A stretch of DNA of 64,000 nt. Source: Candidatus Latescibacterota bacterium (GTDB lineage: Bacteria; Latescibacterota; UBA2968; UBA8231). The notes under the pieces were generated by a model, which saw only the letters and a program-made list of their open reading frames with translations, was not told the DNA's origin and searched no databases. A program made the position numbers and the translations under genes. Positions 19,709 to 29,630 of this stretch are shown in pieces. The first letter of the stretch is position 1. Every line of letters starts with the position of its first letter. The DNA is taken from NCBI GenBank assembly GCA_965204725.1, contig OZ242005.1:4640001-4704000 (forward strand), in the 5' to 3' direction.

Positions 19709-20785
19709 TCAGCCCAAGTCCAAACCAAAATCCGCCGGGTTGAGGCCACTGTCTTCGGCTAGGCCCCGTAGGCTGATCAGGACGTCCTCGGGCATGACAA
19801 TACCCTCGGCTAGTGCTTGTTCCCGCTTGTTCCACTCGATCTCGCCCGGCAGGAAGATGGTTCCGCCCTTCGCTGTGGACGCACCCTTGATCTCTTTGCA
19901 GACGGCGTCCATGCGGGCGTGGAATTCCGCCAGCGGCATCATCGCGCCGACGTCGAGGGCCACAAAGGCATGGCCTTGGTTTGAGGGCGCGTCCGTGTCT
20001 GCCACCCAGCTTTGGACGCCGCTCATCATGGCCGCTCCAGTCAGGGTGGCCGTCAGCAGTTCCACTAGCACGGCCAATCCGTACCCTTTGTGTCCGGCCA
20101 TGGGCAACTGCGCCCCTTTTTCCGGGAACTCGGTGGGATCGGTCGTTGGAATGCCGTCTTCATCCACCAGCCAAGTGTCTGGAATGCTGCGCCCTTCGTT
20201 TTTGGCGGCGAATATCTTGGTGGCCGCAACCGCGCTCGTGGCAATGTCCAACATGACGGTGCGGTCGGTGCCGGTCGGGGCGGCGTAGGCGATCGGGTTG
20301 GTCCCCAGAACGCGGCTCTTGCCGCCCGGCACGGTCATGCAGGGTTCCACGTTGCACATGGAAAGGCCGATCATGTCGTTTTCGGCGATCATGTTGGCGT
20401 AAAACCCGGCCGCCCCGTAGTGGCTGCTGCCGCGGATGCCGATGTAGCACATACCGCTTTTGCGGGCTTTTGCAACGGCGAGTTCAACGGCGCGGCAGGA
20501 GATGGCGGGCGGCATGCCGTCGCAGGCGTCGATAATGGCCCAAGACGGGCCTTGAGCGACGATATGCTCTTTCGCGGTTGCAACCAGACGACCGCGCCGC
20601 GCATTCTGCATCAAGCCGCGGATTTGCCGGGTGCCGTGCGTAAAGGTGCCCCAAGTGTCGGTGGTGACGAAGACGCGGGCGCTCAGTTCGGCGTCTTCTC
20701 TGCTGAGGCCGGCTTTGACCATGGCGGCGATGCAAAAGGCCGTCAGGTCGTCCGGTCGGATGCTTTGGCGGGTAGATTCAGTCAA
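19709..20785 (-). CDS. Ldh_2 family (malate/L-lactate/ureidoglycolate-type) oxidoreductase
   Basis: THG, SSHYGAAG, GTNPIA, LDIATS, GHKGYGL, LPGE motifs. Confidence 0.92.
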   Translation of the reverse strand: MTESTRQSIRPDDLTAFCIAAMVKAGLSREDAELSARVFVTTDTWGTFTHGTRQIRGLMQNARRGRLVATAKEHIVAQGPSWAIIDACDGMPPAISCRAVELAVAKARKSGMCYIGIRGSSHYGAAGFYANMIAENDMIGLSMCNVEPCMTVPGGKSRVLGTNPIAYAAPTGTDRTVMLDIATSAVAATKIFAAKNEGRSIPDTWLVDEDGIPTTDPTEFPEKGAQLPMAGHKGYGLAVLVELLTATLTGAAMMSGVQSWVADTDAPSNQGHAFVALDVGAMMPLAEFHARMDAVCKEIKGASTAKGGTIFLPGEIEWNKREQALAEGIVMPEDVLISLRGLAEDSGLNPADFGLDLG

Positions 20786-20961
20786 TGGGTAGGCTCCTTT
20801 TTGATTGGTGCGGGATTCGCAAGTAGGATAAAGAGATTTTTCGCGGCCCGGTCAAGGTCCCTGAGAGGCGTCCTTTATTGACGACGGACGGGTATAGGGC
20901 CTTGTCCACAGCAATAGAATTGGGCATTATTGCGCAGGTCCTAAACGGAAGTGAGCACACT

Positions 20962-22545
20962 ATGCGTTTCTTCAACACAACCGGCCCCATCGTCGCGGCC
21001 GATCACTACCACATCCCGCCGCTGGAGCGGATCGACCGCGACGAAGTCCTGCTGCGGATCGAGCAGCAGCGGTACTGTGTGCTACACGCGCCGCGGCAGA
21101 CGGGCAGGACCTCCGTGCTACTGGCACTGCGGGACGAACTGAACGCCAGCGGGCGGTATCGCTGTCTGTACATCAACGTCGAGATCGGCCAGTCGGCGCG
21201 GGAGGATGTAGGGGAGGCTATCCGGGCCATTCTCGGTCAGCTCGTCTTAGAGGCGGAGTTTGTTTTGCGCGACCTGACGCTACGGGACATAAGCCTCGAC
21301 ACGCTAAAGACGTTTGGCCCGCACCAAGCACTACAAGAGACGTTGCGCCGCTGGTCGGCGGCCGATGATAAGCCGCTGGTGCTGCTGATTGACGAGATCG
21401 ACGCGCTGATCGGCGACACGCTCTTGGCCGTGCTGCGGCAACTGTGCGCCGGCTATCCCGACCGGCCGCAGCACTACCCGCAGACCGTCGTTTTGTGCGG
21501 CGTGCGCAATGTGCGCGATTATCGCATCCAATCCACGGCCGAGAACGCCATCGTCGCTGGAAGCAGCGCGTTCAACATCCGCGCCGAGTCCCTGCGGCTG
21601 GACGATTTCTCACCGGGCGAAGTGCAGGCGCTGTTGGCGCAGCACACCGAGACCACCGGGCAGGTGTTTGCCGAGGACGCACAAAACGAGGTTTGGCAAT
21701 TGACGCAGGGGCAGCCGTGGCTGGTGAATGCTTTGGCGGATGAAGCGTGTTTTAGGAACAAGGCCGGGCGCGACCGCAGTCGCATTATCACGGCCGAGGC
21801 GATATACGACGCCCGCGAGCAACTCATCCTGCGGCGCGAACCCCACCTCGACCAACTCACCGACAAGCTGCAAGAGAAGCGCGTGCAGCGCGTGGTCGAG
21901 CCGCTGCTGAGCGGCACCGACTTCGACTTGGCACTCCCCCGAGACGACTTGCAATACGTGCGCGATTTGGGCCTTTTGTGCCGACAAGGAGCCTTCGCCA
22001 TTGCCAACCCGATCTATCGAGAAGTCATCCCCCGCGACCTGACCTACACCACGCAGGAATACTTAACGCAAGACCCGGCTGGGTACGTGGATGCCGAAGG
22101 TCGGCTGCGCCTCGACGACTTGCTGACTGCGTTCCAAGCGTTCTTCCGCGAACATTCGGAGCACTGGATCGAGCGATTCCAGTACAAGGAAGCCGGTCCC
22201 CAACTGCTATTGCAGGCGTTCTTGCAGCGCATCGTCAACAGCGGCGGGCGCATGGAGCGCGAGTATGGCTTGGGTCGGATGCGCACAGACCTGCTGATCC
22301 TATGGCCGGTCCCCGGCGACGCGCCAGCGCAGCGGGTGGTGATCGAATGCAAACCGCTGTACAACAGCTTGGAGCAGACCCTCGTCGTGGGCCTCAACCA
22401 GACCCGCGTCTATATGAATCGCTACGCCGCCAGCGAAGGCCACCTCGTGATCTTCAACCGCACCGCCGGGGTGTCGTGGGACGACAAGATATTCCGCCAC
22501 GAGGAGGGCATAGGCGAGGCGAGAGTCACCGTGTGGGGTATGTGA
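20962..22545 (+). CDS. AAA-like ATPase with C-terminal PD-(D/E)XK-like domain; Walker A has K->R
   Basis: MRFFNTTGP start, APRQTGRT, LLIDEID Walker B, REY...RTDL...VIECK. Confidence 0.85.
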   Translation: MRFFNTTGPIVAADHYHIPPLERIDRDEVLLRIEQQRYCVLHAPRQTGRTSVLLALRDELNASGRYRCLYINVEIGQSAREDVGEAIRAILGQLVLEAEFVLRDLTLRDISLDTLKTFGPHQALQETLRRWSAADDKPLVLLIDEIDALIGDTLLAVLRQLCAGYPDRPQHYPQTVVLCGVRNVRDYRIQSTAENAIVAGSSAFNIRAESLRLDDFSPGEVQALLAQHTETTGQVFAEDAQNEVWQLTQGQPWLVNALADEACFRNKAGRDRSRIITAEAIYDAREQLILRREPHLDQLTDKLQEKRVQRVVEPLLSGTDFDLALPRDDLQYVRDLGLLCRQGAFAIANPIYREVIPRDLTYTTQEYLTQDPAGYVDAEGRLRLDDLLTAFQAFFREHSEHWIERFQYKEAGPQLLLQAFLQRIVNSGGRMEREYGLGRMRTDLLILWPVPGDAPAQRVVIECKPLYNSLEQTLVVGLNQTRVYMNRYAASEGHLVIFNRTAGVSWDDKIFRHEEGIGEARVTVWGM

Positions 22546-22574
22546 AAAAGATCAAAAGCTAGGAGATAGAACTT

Positions 22575-23360
22575 ATGAACGAGAGTACGGGGCTTGAGCA
22601 GTACGTAACAATACAAGAATACCTCAAGGATCGGCGCTGCATTATCACCGGCTCTAGTGGGACGATTGGGAAAGTTTTTGCGACCTTTATCGCCTCGTGC
22701 GGCGGAATCCCCATTCTGGTAGATGTCGTGCCCCAAGACGACACAGTGGAGGCCGTCGCGTCCTACGGCGGCAAGTACAGCACCCATCGCGTGGATCTCA
22801 GCGACGTTGCCCAGATCAAATCCTTGTACGCTGAAATAGCCGAACAGTACGACGGCCTCGATATGCTCATCAACAACGCCGGGCTCCTCAGCGAGGTAAA
22901 GCTGCTCGATATGACCGAGGACAACTGGGACCGCGTCCTCAATGTAAATGCCAAAGGCGCGGCCTTTATGAGCCAAGGGGCGGTCGGCCTGATGAAAGGC
23001 GGCAGCCGCGATCGGCAAATCATCAACATCGTGTCGCTAGCCGCACTGGTGGGCGGGCTGTACGTAGGGGCACCCTATGTTTGCAGCAAGGCGGCCCTGC
23101 TCGGTCTCAGCCGCAACTATGCGGTGCAAGCCGGTAGGGAATTCGGGATTCGCGTCAATTCCATCAGCCCGGTTATTGTCAGCGGCCAGATGATTTCCAA
23201 CACGCCACGCGAAGCCATTGACGGAGTCAAAAACCTAATGAAGGTGTGGAAGCAAGAAGTTCCCCCCGTGCATCTGCTCTATGTTTTTGAAATGCTGTGT
23301 AGAACCCCGTCGATGACCGGCAAAAACATCGTCCTCGATGGCGGCATTTTGTTGGAGTAG
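22575..23360 (+). CDS. Short-chain dehydrogenase/reductase (SDR)
   Basis: TGSSGTIG, NNAG, YVCSK, IRVNSISP, LDGG motifs. Confidence 0.9.
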   Translation: MNESTGLEQYVTIQEYLKDRRCIITGSSGTIGKVFATFIASCGGIPILVDVVPQDDTVEAVASYGGKYSTHRVDLSDVAQIKSLYAEIAEQYDGLDMLINNAGLLSEVKLLDMTEDNWDRVLNVNAKGAAFMSQGAVGLMKGGSRDRQIINIVSLAALVGGLYVGAPYVCSKAALLGLSRNYAVQAGREFGIRVNSISPVIVSGQMISNTPREAIDGVKNLMKVWKQEVPPVHLLYVFEMLCRTPSMTGKNIVLDGGILLE

Positions 23361-23390
23361 AACAGAATTGCTTGTGGAGGCGATACACCC

Positions 23391-24038
23391 ATGCACAGTT
23401 CAATACTCAGCGACAGCGACTTTGAGATGATCGCCCGCGGCCACCCGGTCGCGCTGGCGGAGTACTTTCGCGGCTTTACCAACACCAAAAGGCTGGGGCT
23501 GCTAGCGCCCAATCGCCTAGAGGGCGTCGGGGCCGTCAATTTGGTCATGGCCCACACAACCGCCTTTTACAACACGTACCGCGCCCGCGGCGAGGATTTC
23601 TTCTCGTACCCCGACTACTTCACCTTCCAATCGCGTGCGCCCAAGGCGGCCTACGGAATGTTCGACATCTGGCCGGCGCACAAAGACGTGTTGGTCGGTG
23701 CCGATGCGGCCGAGCGGCTCAACGCGATCACCGACCGTGCGGTCAACATCTTGCTCGTGCCCGACGGCCCCCCGGCCCCGTGCGAGTACCAGCGGCAGCA
23801 GTTAGCCGCGGCCGAGCGGCTCATCGAAACCTGCTATGCGTATTCGGCCACCGGCGCGGTCGCTGACCCCGACTTGGTCATCCGCTGCCCGGTCGATCCG
23901 CTCGCCGCTTGGTGCCAAAGCGTTGTTGAGTCCGTGCCCGACAGCGAGCGCGGAAAGGGCTGGCATGGCCAAGGTCCCGTCCTCGAACAGTCCTTCCGCC
24001 GCATCAGCCGCCAAGACGCGCTCGCTCGCCTCGCTTAA
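23391..24038 (+). CDS. Hypothetical protein
   Basis: 215-aa ORF with RBS GGAGG, operonic spacing between the SDR and PhyH genes. Confidence 0.75.
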   Translation: MHSSILSDSDFEMIARGHPVALAEYFRGFTNTKRLGLLAPNRLEGVGAVNLVMAHTTAFYNTYRARGEDFFSYPDYFTFQSRAPKAAYGMFDIWPAHKDVLVGADAAERLNAITDRAVNILLVPDGPPAPCEYQRQQLAAAERLIETCYAYSATGAVADPDLVIRCPVDPLAAWCQSVVESVPDSERGKGWHGQGPVLEQSFRRISRQDALARLA

Positions 24039-24053
24039 CCCAAGGAGCTTGCC

Positions 24054-24839
24054 ATGACCGTTCTCCACGCCCCCGCGCTCAGCGCCGCCGAACTCGACCA
24101 GTTTCACGAGCAGGGATACGTGCGCCTCGGCCACGTCGCCCCGCGCACAGAAATCGACGCCCTCTGCCAGCGCATTGACCAGATCATGCTCGGCACAGTG
24201 CGCTACGACGACATGCTCATGCAGCTATGTCCTTCGGTTGGCAATCCCGATCTTGCGCGGCAGACGAAGGAGTTTAAGGGCTCTTCGCTCAAGTACCGCA
24301 AAATTCAGGACTTGGAGCAGGATCCGCTGTTCTTGGGCTATTTGCAAAAGCCACTCTTCCGCGACCTAACCGGCAAAATTATCGGCGCGGAGGTCTCGAT
24401 CTTCCGCGCCATGTTTTTCAACAAGCCGGCCGAGCAGGGCATCACGATCAACTGGCACCAAGACGGCGCGGGCGGCTGGCATCTGAGCATTCCCCCGCAA
24501 GTCACGGTGTGGACCGCGCTCGACGACACGTGCGTTGCCAACGGCTGCCTGCAAATCATCCCCGGCTCGCACCACAGCATGATCCCCGAAACGGGCGACC
24601 TGCTTTCGGCGGACGAGCGCGCGCTGCATGCACCCGATGAGAAGCGGCTCTATTTGGAAATGGAAAAAGGCGAGGTGGTGCTTTTGCACAACTGGACCTT
24701 GCACCGCTCGGAGACGAATAACACCAACCGCCCGCGCCGTGCGTTCAGCGTCTGCTACATTGACGCGGCTACCCGCCAAACGACTACGGGCCGCGCCTTC
24801 CCCGGCGTCTTCCCGACCTACCGGCCTATTGGTAGTTGA
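24054..24839 (+). CDS. Phytanoyl-CoA dioxygenase (PhyH) family Fe/2OG enzyme
   Basis: WHQD, WTALDD...NGCL..IPGSH, LHRS, RRA motifs. Confidence 0.92.
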   Translation: MTVLHAPALSAAELDQFHEQGYVRLGHVAPRTEIDALCQRIDQIMLGTVRYDDMLMQLCPSVGNPDLARQTKEFKGSSLKYRKIQDLEQDPLFLGYLQKPLFRDLTGKIIGAEVSIFRAMFFNKPAEQGITINWHQDGAGGWHLSIPPQVTVWTALDDTCVANGCLQIIPGSHHSMIPETGDLLSADERALHAPDEKRLYLEMEKGEVVLLHNWTLHRSETNNTNRPRRAFSVCYIDAATRQTTTGRAFPGVFPTYRPIGS

Positions 24840-26274
24840 TAAAAGCGACCTTGTGCTCGGTGAAAAACTCGATCCCGGTGTCGCCCGATTCTGGAATCCC
24901 GTGCCCGGAAGCCTTCACCCCGCCAAATGAGAGCTGAGGCTCGCGGTAGGCCGTCATCATGTTCACGTGCGTCAGCCCCACGTCGGTCTTTGCCAAAAAC
25001 TCGAAAGCCCGCGCAAGGTCCCGCGTGAAAATGGACGACGCCAGCCCAAACTCCACGCCATTGGCGATTGCTAGGGCCTCAGAAAAATCCGCTGCTACCA
25101 TTAGGCACAACACCGGGCCGAAAATCTCCTCCTGCGCGATGCGCATCTGCGGCTGAACATCGGTAAAGACCGTCGGCGCGATAAAACACCCTTTGTCCAG
25201 CCCATTGGCGATCAAGCGCTCGCCCCCATGCGCGATGCGGCCCCCTTCCGCTTTGCCGATCTCGATGTAGCCCTCAATGGTTTCGAGTTGGTCCGTGCCG
25301 CACACCGGCCCCATATCCACCCCAGCCGCCACCCCATTCCCCACCCGAATTTGCTGGACGCGCGCTAGCACCTTGTCGGCGAAGGCGGCGGCGACCTCGC
25401 GCACGACGATGGCCCGGCTCGTCGAAGTACACCACTGCCCAGCGCAGGCGTAGGCCGCCTTGACGACCGCATCCGCCGCCAAGTCGAGGTCGGCGTCTGC
25501 CAAGATGACCGCGGGGTTTTTGCCGCCCATCTCTAGCTGGGTGCGGATTAGCCCTTGGGCCGCGCGCTGCTGAATGCCCTTGCCCACTTGGGTCGAGCCG
25601 GTAAAGGAAATCGACTGCACCAACGGATGCGTAATCATGGTTTCCCCGACCGTACTCCCCCCGCCGCAGACGAAGTTCAGTACGCCCGCTGGCAGCCCGG
25701 CCTCGACGAAAATATCCACGAAGGCCCGCCCGGCCCCGGGCGTTAGGCTCGCCGGCTTGAAGACGATGGTGTTGCCGCTGATCAGGGCCGGCGTACACTT
25801 GCGCCCCGGCACGTTGAACGGAAAGTTCCAAGGGCTGATGATCGACGCCACCCCGAGGGGCCGCCGCATGCTGTAGGCAAACACCTTAGGTTGCGCCGAG
25901 GGCGCGGTCTGGCCGCATAAGGAGATCCCTTGGGCGATCTGGAACTCCATCTCACGCACCGCCGACCCCACTTCGGTGCGCGCTTCGTCGAGCGTCTTGC
26001 CGTTTTCCGCGGTGAGGATGGCGGCGATTTCTTCGGATCGCCCCTTTAGCACTGCGACCGCCCGCGACAAGCACTCTGCCCGCTGGTACACCCCCATGTC
26101 GGCCCACGCCGGAAACGCCGCGTGTGCCGCTTCAATGGCCTGCTCGGCGTCGGCTCTGGTGCCTTGGGGCCACTCCCCGGTTACGTGTTCTAGGTCGGCT
26201 GGATTGCGCTGGGCAAAGGTCTGTCCGTCCGAGGCCCCGACCCACTGGCCGTCGATGTAGTTTTGGGATTTCAT
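24826..26274 (-). CDS. Aldehyde dehydrogenase (KGSADH-like)
   Basis: PWNFP, FTGS, LEMGGKN, GQWCT, EEIFGPV, FGGVKASG motifs. Confidence 0.95.
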   Translation of the reverse strand: MKSQNYIDGQWVGASDGQTFAQRNPADLEHVTGEWPQGTRADAEQAIEAAHAAFPAWADMGVYQRAECLSRAVAVLKGRSEEIAAILTAENGKTLDEARTEVGSAVREMEFQIAQGISLCGQTAPSAQPKVFAYSMRRPLGVASIISPWNFPFNVPGRKCTPALISGNTIVFKPASLTPGAGRAFVDIFVEAGLPAGVLNFVCGGGSTVGETMITHPLVQSISFTGSTQVGKGIQQRAAQGLIRTQLEMGGKNPAVILADADLDLAADAVVKAAYACAGQWCTSTSRAIVVREVAAAFADKVLARVQQIRVGNGVAAGVDMGPVCGTDQLETIEGYIEIGKAEGGRIAHGGERLIANGLDKGCFIAPTVFTDVQPQMRIAQEEIFGPVLCLMVAADFSEALAIANGVEFGLASSIFTRDLARAFEFLAKTDVGLTHVNMMTAYREPQLSFGGVKASGHGIPESGDTGIEFFTEHKVAFINYQ

Positions 26275-26340
26275 AATAGCTCCAGCTAAGTACGCGACAC
26301 TTGCGTTGAGTCCGCCTTTTCTGGCGTTGCCGCTGCGTCC

Positions 26341-26368
26341 GGGATCGAGGGCGTCCCGCCCTCGATCC
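26341..26368. repeat. REP-like palindrome
   Basis: GGATCGAGGGCG-TCC-CGCCCTCGATCC perfect inverted repeat in an intergenic region. Confidence 0.6.
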
Positions 26369-26433
26369 TAGAAAGGTTGACCGCTGGTGTCGTGTAGTAA
26401 GTAGCTCCAGTTAAAAGTGATCCGCCGATGCGT

Positions 26434-27594
26434 TCAGGACCACAGCGGCACCCCGGCCGGTAGCACGGCGGCGATGGCCTCTTCGTCTAGATTGACGCCC
26501 AAGCCCGGGCCGTCGGGCACGGCGATGTAGCCTTGCTGAATGGGGTTTTTGATGTCGAGCATGGTGCTCCACAGCGGGATGTTGCGCGAGTGGTGCTCTA
26601 AGGCGAGGAAATTGGGCAGGGTGGCGCAGATATGGACCGCGGCCATGCCCGTAACCGCGCTCCGCATGTAGTGGGGCGCTAGCGATATATGGTACATCTC
26701 GGCCAGTTCGGCGATGCGGCGGATTTCAATGGCGCCGCCGCTGTGGGGGATGTCCGGCTCCAGCAGGTCGCATGCCTGTTGTTCCATTAGCTCGCGGAAC
26801 ATCTTGGCGCCGTAAAAAATCTCGCCGGTGCAGATCGGCGTCTCGGTCTGTCGGCAGATTTTGGCCAAGGCGGCGACATTGCCCCATTCCCAGCGAATGG
26901 GATCCTCCAACCAAAGCAGGTCGAGGTGCTCCACGTCTTTGCATATCCGCAGGGCGTCGGCTAGGTTGAAGGAACCGTGCAAGTCGATAGATAAGTCGAT
27001 GTATGGGCCAATCGCTTGGCGCAGGCTTTCGATGGTGGTGACGATGTGATGGTGCTGCCGACGACTGATGGAGCGGTCGTACACGTCAAGCTTCCAAGGG
27101 TTGGGCACATCGAGATCGAATTTGACCGCGGTGTATCCCTCGGCCACCACCTCTTGGGCCATGGATACGTAGGCACTGGTTTCGTACACCGGGTCCAATT
27201 GCCCGCTGGCCCGCGTCTCCCGCCAGCGCCGCTCGTAGTCTTCTCGCGTCCAGTGTGCCCCCGAGTGGCAGTCGCAGTACACGCGGATGCGGTCGCGCAG
27301 TTTGCCGCCCAGCAACTCGTACATGGGCGCGTTTAGCTGCTTGCCGCGAATGTCCCACAGGGCGATTTCCACGCCGGCGCCGCGGCCCTGCATCTGCCAC
27401 AGGTGGTCGTAGTGTAGCCGATTGATGTTGGTCGGGTCGCGGCCGATGAGCATTTGTTTGAGCTGCTCAATGGGGCCTCCAGCGGTCCACTCGCCGAGGC
27501 CGACAATGCCTTCGTCCGTGAAAATTTTCAGCAAGGACCAGTGGCGATTTTCCGCGCCGAGGGAGGGCGTGACCTTAATGTCGGTGATCTTCAT
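26434..27594 (-). CDS. Mandelate racemase/muconate lactonizing enzyme family (acid-sugar dehydratase-like)
   Basis: EIALWDIRGK, AVKFD, DLH, WLEDP, TGE, GPGLGV motifs. Confidence 0.92.
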   Translation of the reverse strand: MKITDIKVTPSLGAENRHWSLLKIFTDEGIVGLGEWTAGGPIEQLKQMLIGRDPTNINRLHYDHLWQMQGRGAGVEIALWDIRGKQLNAPMYELLGGKLRDRIRVYCDCHSGAHWTREDYERRWRETRASGQLDPVYETSAYVSMAQEVVAEGYTAVKFDLDVPNPWKLDVYDRSISRRQHHHIVTTIESLRQAIGPYIDLSIDLHGSFNLADALRICKDVEHLDLLWLEDPIRWEWGNVAALAKICRQTETPICTGEIFYGAKMFRELMEQQACDLLEPDIPHSGGAIEIRRIAELAEMYHISLAPHYMRSAVTGMAAVHICATLPNFLALEHHSRNIPLWSTMLDIKNPIQQGYIAVPDGPGLGVNLDEEAIAAVLPAGVPLWS

Positions 27595-27702
27595 GTTCTC
27601 GCTTTCGCTGGCAAACGTAATTCGTTGATTTACGGATCGTTACAAACATCAGTGTATGACTCTTCGAGGTGCTGATCACGGAAGTTTTCGCTTTCTATGG
27701 TC

Positions 27703-27732
27703 AAAGTAGGCTCCGCTGAGACATGGAGTCAA
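27703..27732 (-). promoter_or_regulatory. Sigma70-type promoter
   Basis: TTGACT-N18-TACTTT on the minus strand upstream of the enolase-superfamily gene. Confidence 0.5.
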
Positions 27733-27818
27733 GGTTGTCCAAGTCGTCGTTCAGGACGCTGTTCACTCTGGTGCTGACGGCCAGCCTCTCGCACGGACTG
27801 CGTCCCAAGATTGCGCGA

Positions 27819-28850
27819 TTACGACCTTTTCGAGTCACGATCTTTTGTTAGGTCATTTAGTTCATCTTCCTCGAAAGTGGCCGGAATCCATCCCCGCGGA
27901 TGCGGAGTATATAGCTCGTCCAGCTTCAACGCGTCACGATACCACTTGGGCAAACCGGCCGTTGGTAGTTTGTCCTCTTCGTAGATGGGTTGGTTCCATT
28001 GGGGCATCCCCACGGTCGGCCAATGGTCGTCGTCGCGCTTTATGAGATATACCCACCAAGGATTGATGCCGGTTTCCACCAAGTAAATCTCATCCGGCGC
28101 ATCCGTGTGCTCCGCCAACAACTTGGGAAGCAGATTGCCAATGAGGTCAAATCTCGTGCGAGCGATGTCGCCGCTTTCCAGCACTAGGACGGTTCGCGCC
28201 CCCTCTTTCTTGCACTTCTGTAGCTTGGGAGACTTTTTGGAAAATGCCCGCCTCAGCCTGTCAATACGACGATCTTCCAAATCGCTGAAATCGTTGGGAC
28301 AATAAAGCCTCATTCTAAGAGAACCCGGTTTTCGCCTTATGAGAGCCGCATCCGGCCAGCGCAGTAATTCGATTATGCAATTGAAACCCGTTGGTGTGTC
28401 CTGCACGTAATCATCAGACCAAATGGGGCTATGCGCTGATCTAGTTCGCCCTAAGTTCCTTTCATGCAGACATTCCGCGTTCGTCTGAATCCATTCGACA
28501 AGATTGTTCAGAGCTTGGTCGCGCTTTTTCTTTTTTTTAGGAAGGCGAACATTAACCGGAAGATGCAACTCGTAATACGCTGATCCCGGCAGTGAGGCCG
28601 AAAGTCTTTCTCTGAGGTAGTCACTAATCTTTTTGAGTACCAGATCGGTCTCGATTTGATTCTCGAACGGCTCGATTCGCGTGTGCTCGATCGCATACTC
28701 TTGGGTGCCTAGCTTTAGACGTAATTCCACGGGAGGACCGTCACCATCCTTTTCGGGATGACGAATGCCCACGCTTGTTTCGCCTGTCCATTTTTCAAGG
28801 AGCCTCACAATGGCATCGCAGGCCTTGCCCTCATTGTCTGGGATGTGCAT
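27819..28850 (-). CDS. Hypothetical protein, possible restriction-endonuclease-like fold
   Basis: 343-aa AT-richer ORF with RBS GAGGGGAG; PPVE...YAIEHT resembles a degenerate PD-(D/E)XK core. Confidence 0.7.
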   Translation of the reverse strand: MHIPDNEGKACDAIVRLLEKWTGETSVGIRHPEKDGDGPPVELRLKLGTQEYAIEHTRIEPFENQIETDLVLKKISDYLRERLSASLPGSAYYELHLPVNVRLPKKKKKRDQALNNLVEWIQTNAECLHERNLGRTRSAHSPIWSDDYVQDTPTGFNCIIELLRWPDAALIRRKPGSLRMRLYCPNDFSDLEDRRIDRLRRAFSKKSPKLQKCKKEGARTVLVLESGDIARTRFDLIGNLLPKLLAEHTDAPDEIYLVETGINPWWVYLIKRDDDHWPTVGMPQWNQPIYEEDKLPTAGLPKWYRDALKLDELYTPHPRGWIPATFEEDELNDLTKDRDSKRS

Positions 28851-28886
28851 AGGCGGTGGCTCCCCTCAGCCCTTTCTTTTGCTCAC

Positions 28887-29378
28887 TCACTCGTCCACGA
28901 TCTCTAGTATAGAGCCGTCGGGCTGAATCCGCCGCCGTTCCGGCTCAACCCCCTCAAACCACCCCTCCAACGCCCCGAGCATCCGGCTCGCACGTTCCGG
29001 CTCGGACGACGCCATGTTGTTCTGTTCCAGCGGGTCGTCGTCAATATTATACAACTCCAAATCAGCCGGCGGCGGTATAATCATCTCCGGATCCGGTTCG
29101 CTCATCAGTTCCGTCACCTCGTCAAGCGCGATGCGGTCCATCCCGCGCACCTCCATCGGCGTCAACGCGCCAGTGCGGTGAGGGTAACGACCCGTCAGCA
29201 GTGCCGCCCGCGATGGCGAGCAGGCTGGCGACCCGGCGTAGTGTTGGGTTAGACAGACCCCCTCGCCAACCAGCGCGTCGAGATGGGGGGTGCGGGCCGG
29301 GCCGTCGTTAAAAACGCCGAAATCGCCATAGCCCATGTCGTCGGCGACGATAAGAATCACATTGGGTCGTTTTGGCAT
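28887..29378 (-). pseudogene. Arylsulfatase with large in-frame internal deletion
   Basis: PNVILIVADDMGYGD and CSPSRAALLTGR N-terminus joined near 29115 directly to the ELYNIDDDPLEQNN C-terminus; only 163 aa. Confidence 0.85.
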
Positions 29379-29509
29379 TACGATTATCCTGAGTCGTAGA
29401 GAAATTTCAAGCGGGTCTCATGTGCTCTCGTGTGCTTATTGATAGGCGTGCGCCCTTCTGGAGTAGGTGCGATGAAGGAAACGCCCCGTCGGAGGGCGTT
29501 GAGATTCCG

Positions 29510-29630
29510 ATGTCGCCGTGCGCTACCGATCGAGATGGCTTGCAGCAGGTGTTGACCCGCTTGGGTGCGTCCGGCGTAGCCCGGTTACGTAAACTGTGGG
29601 GCGATGGCGGCTATCGAGGCGAGGCGATCG
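29510..29630 (+). mobile_element. IS5-family transposase remnant
   Basis: Translates to DRDG...RLRKLWGDGGYRG, an IS5 DDE-domain signature; no TIRs or full ORF. Confidence 0.65.

Noticed and set aside
24826-24839. Convergent 14-bp overlap of the PhyH and ALDH genes as antisense regulation
   Set aside because: Short 3' overlaps of convergent genes are common; no further evidence
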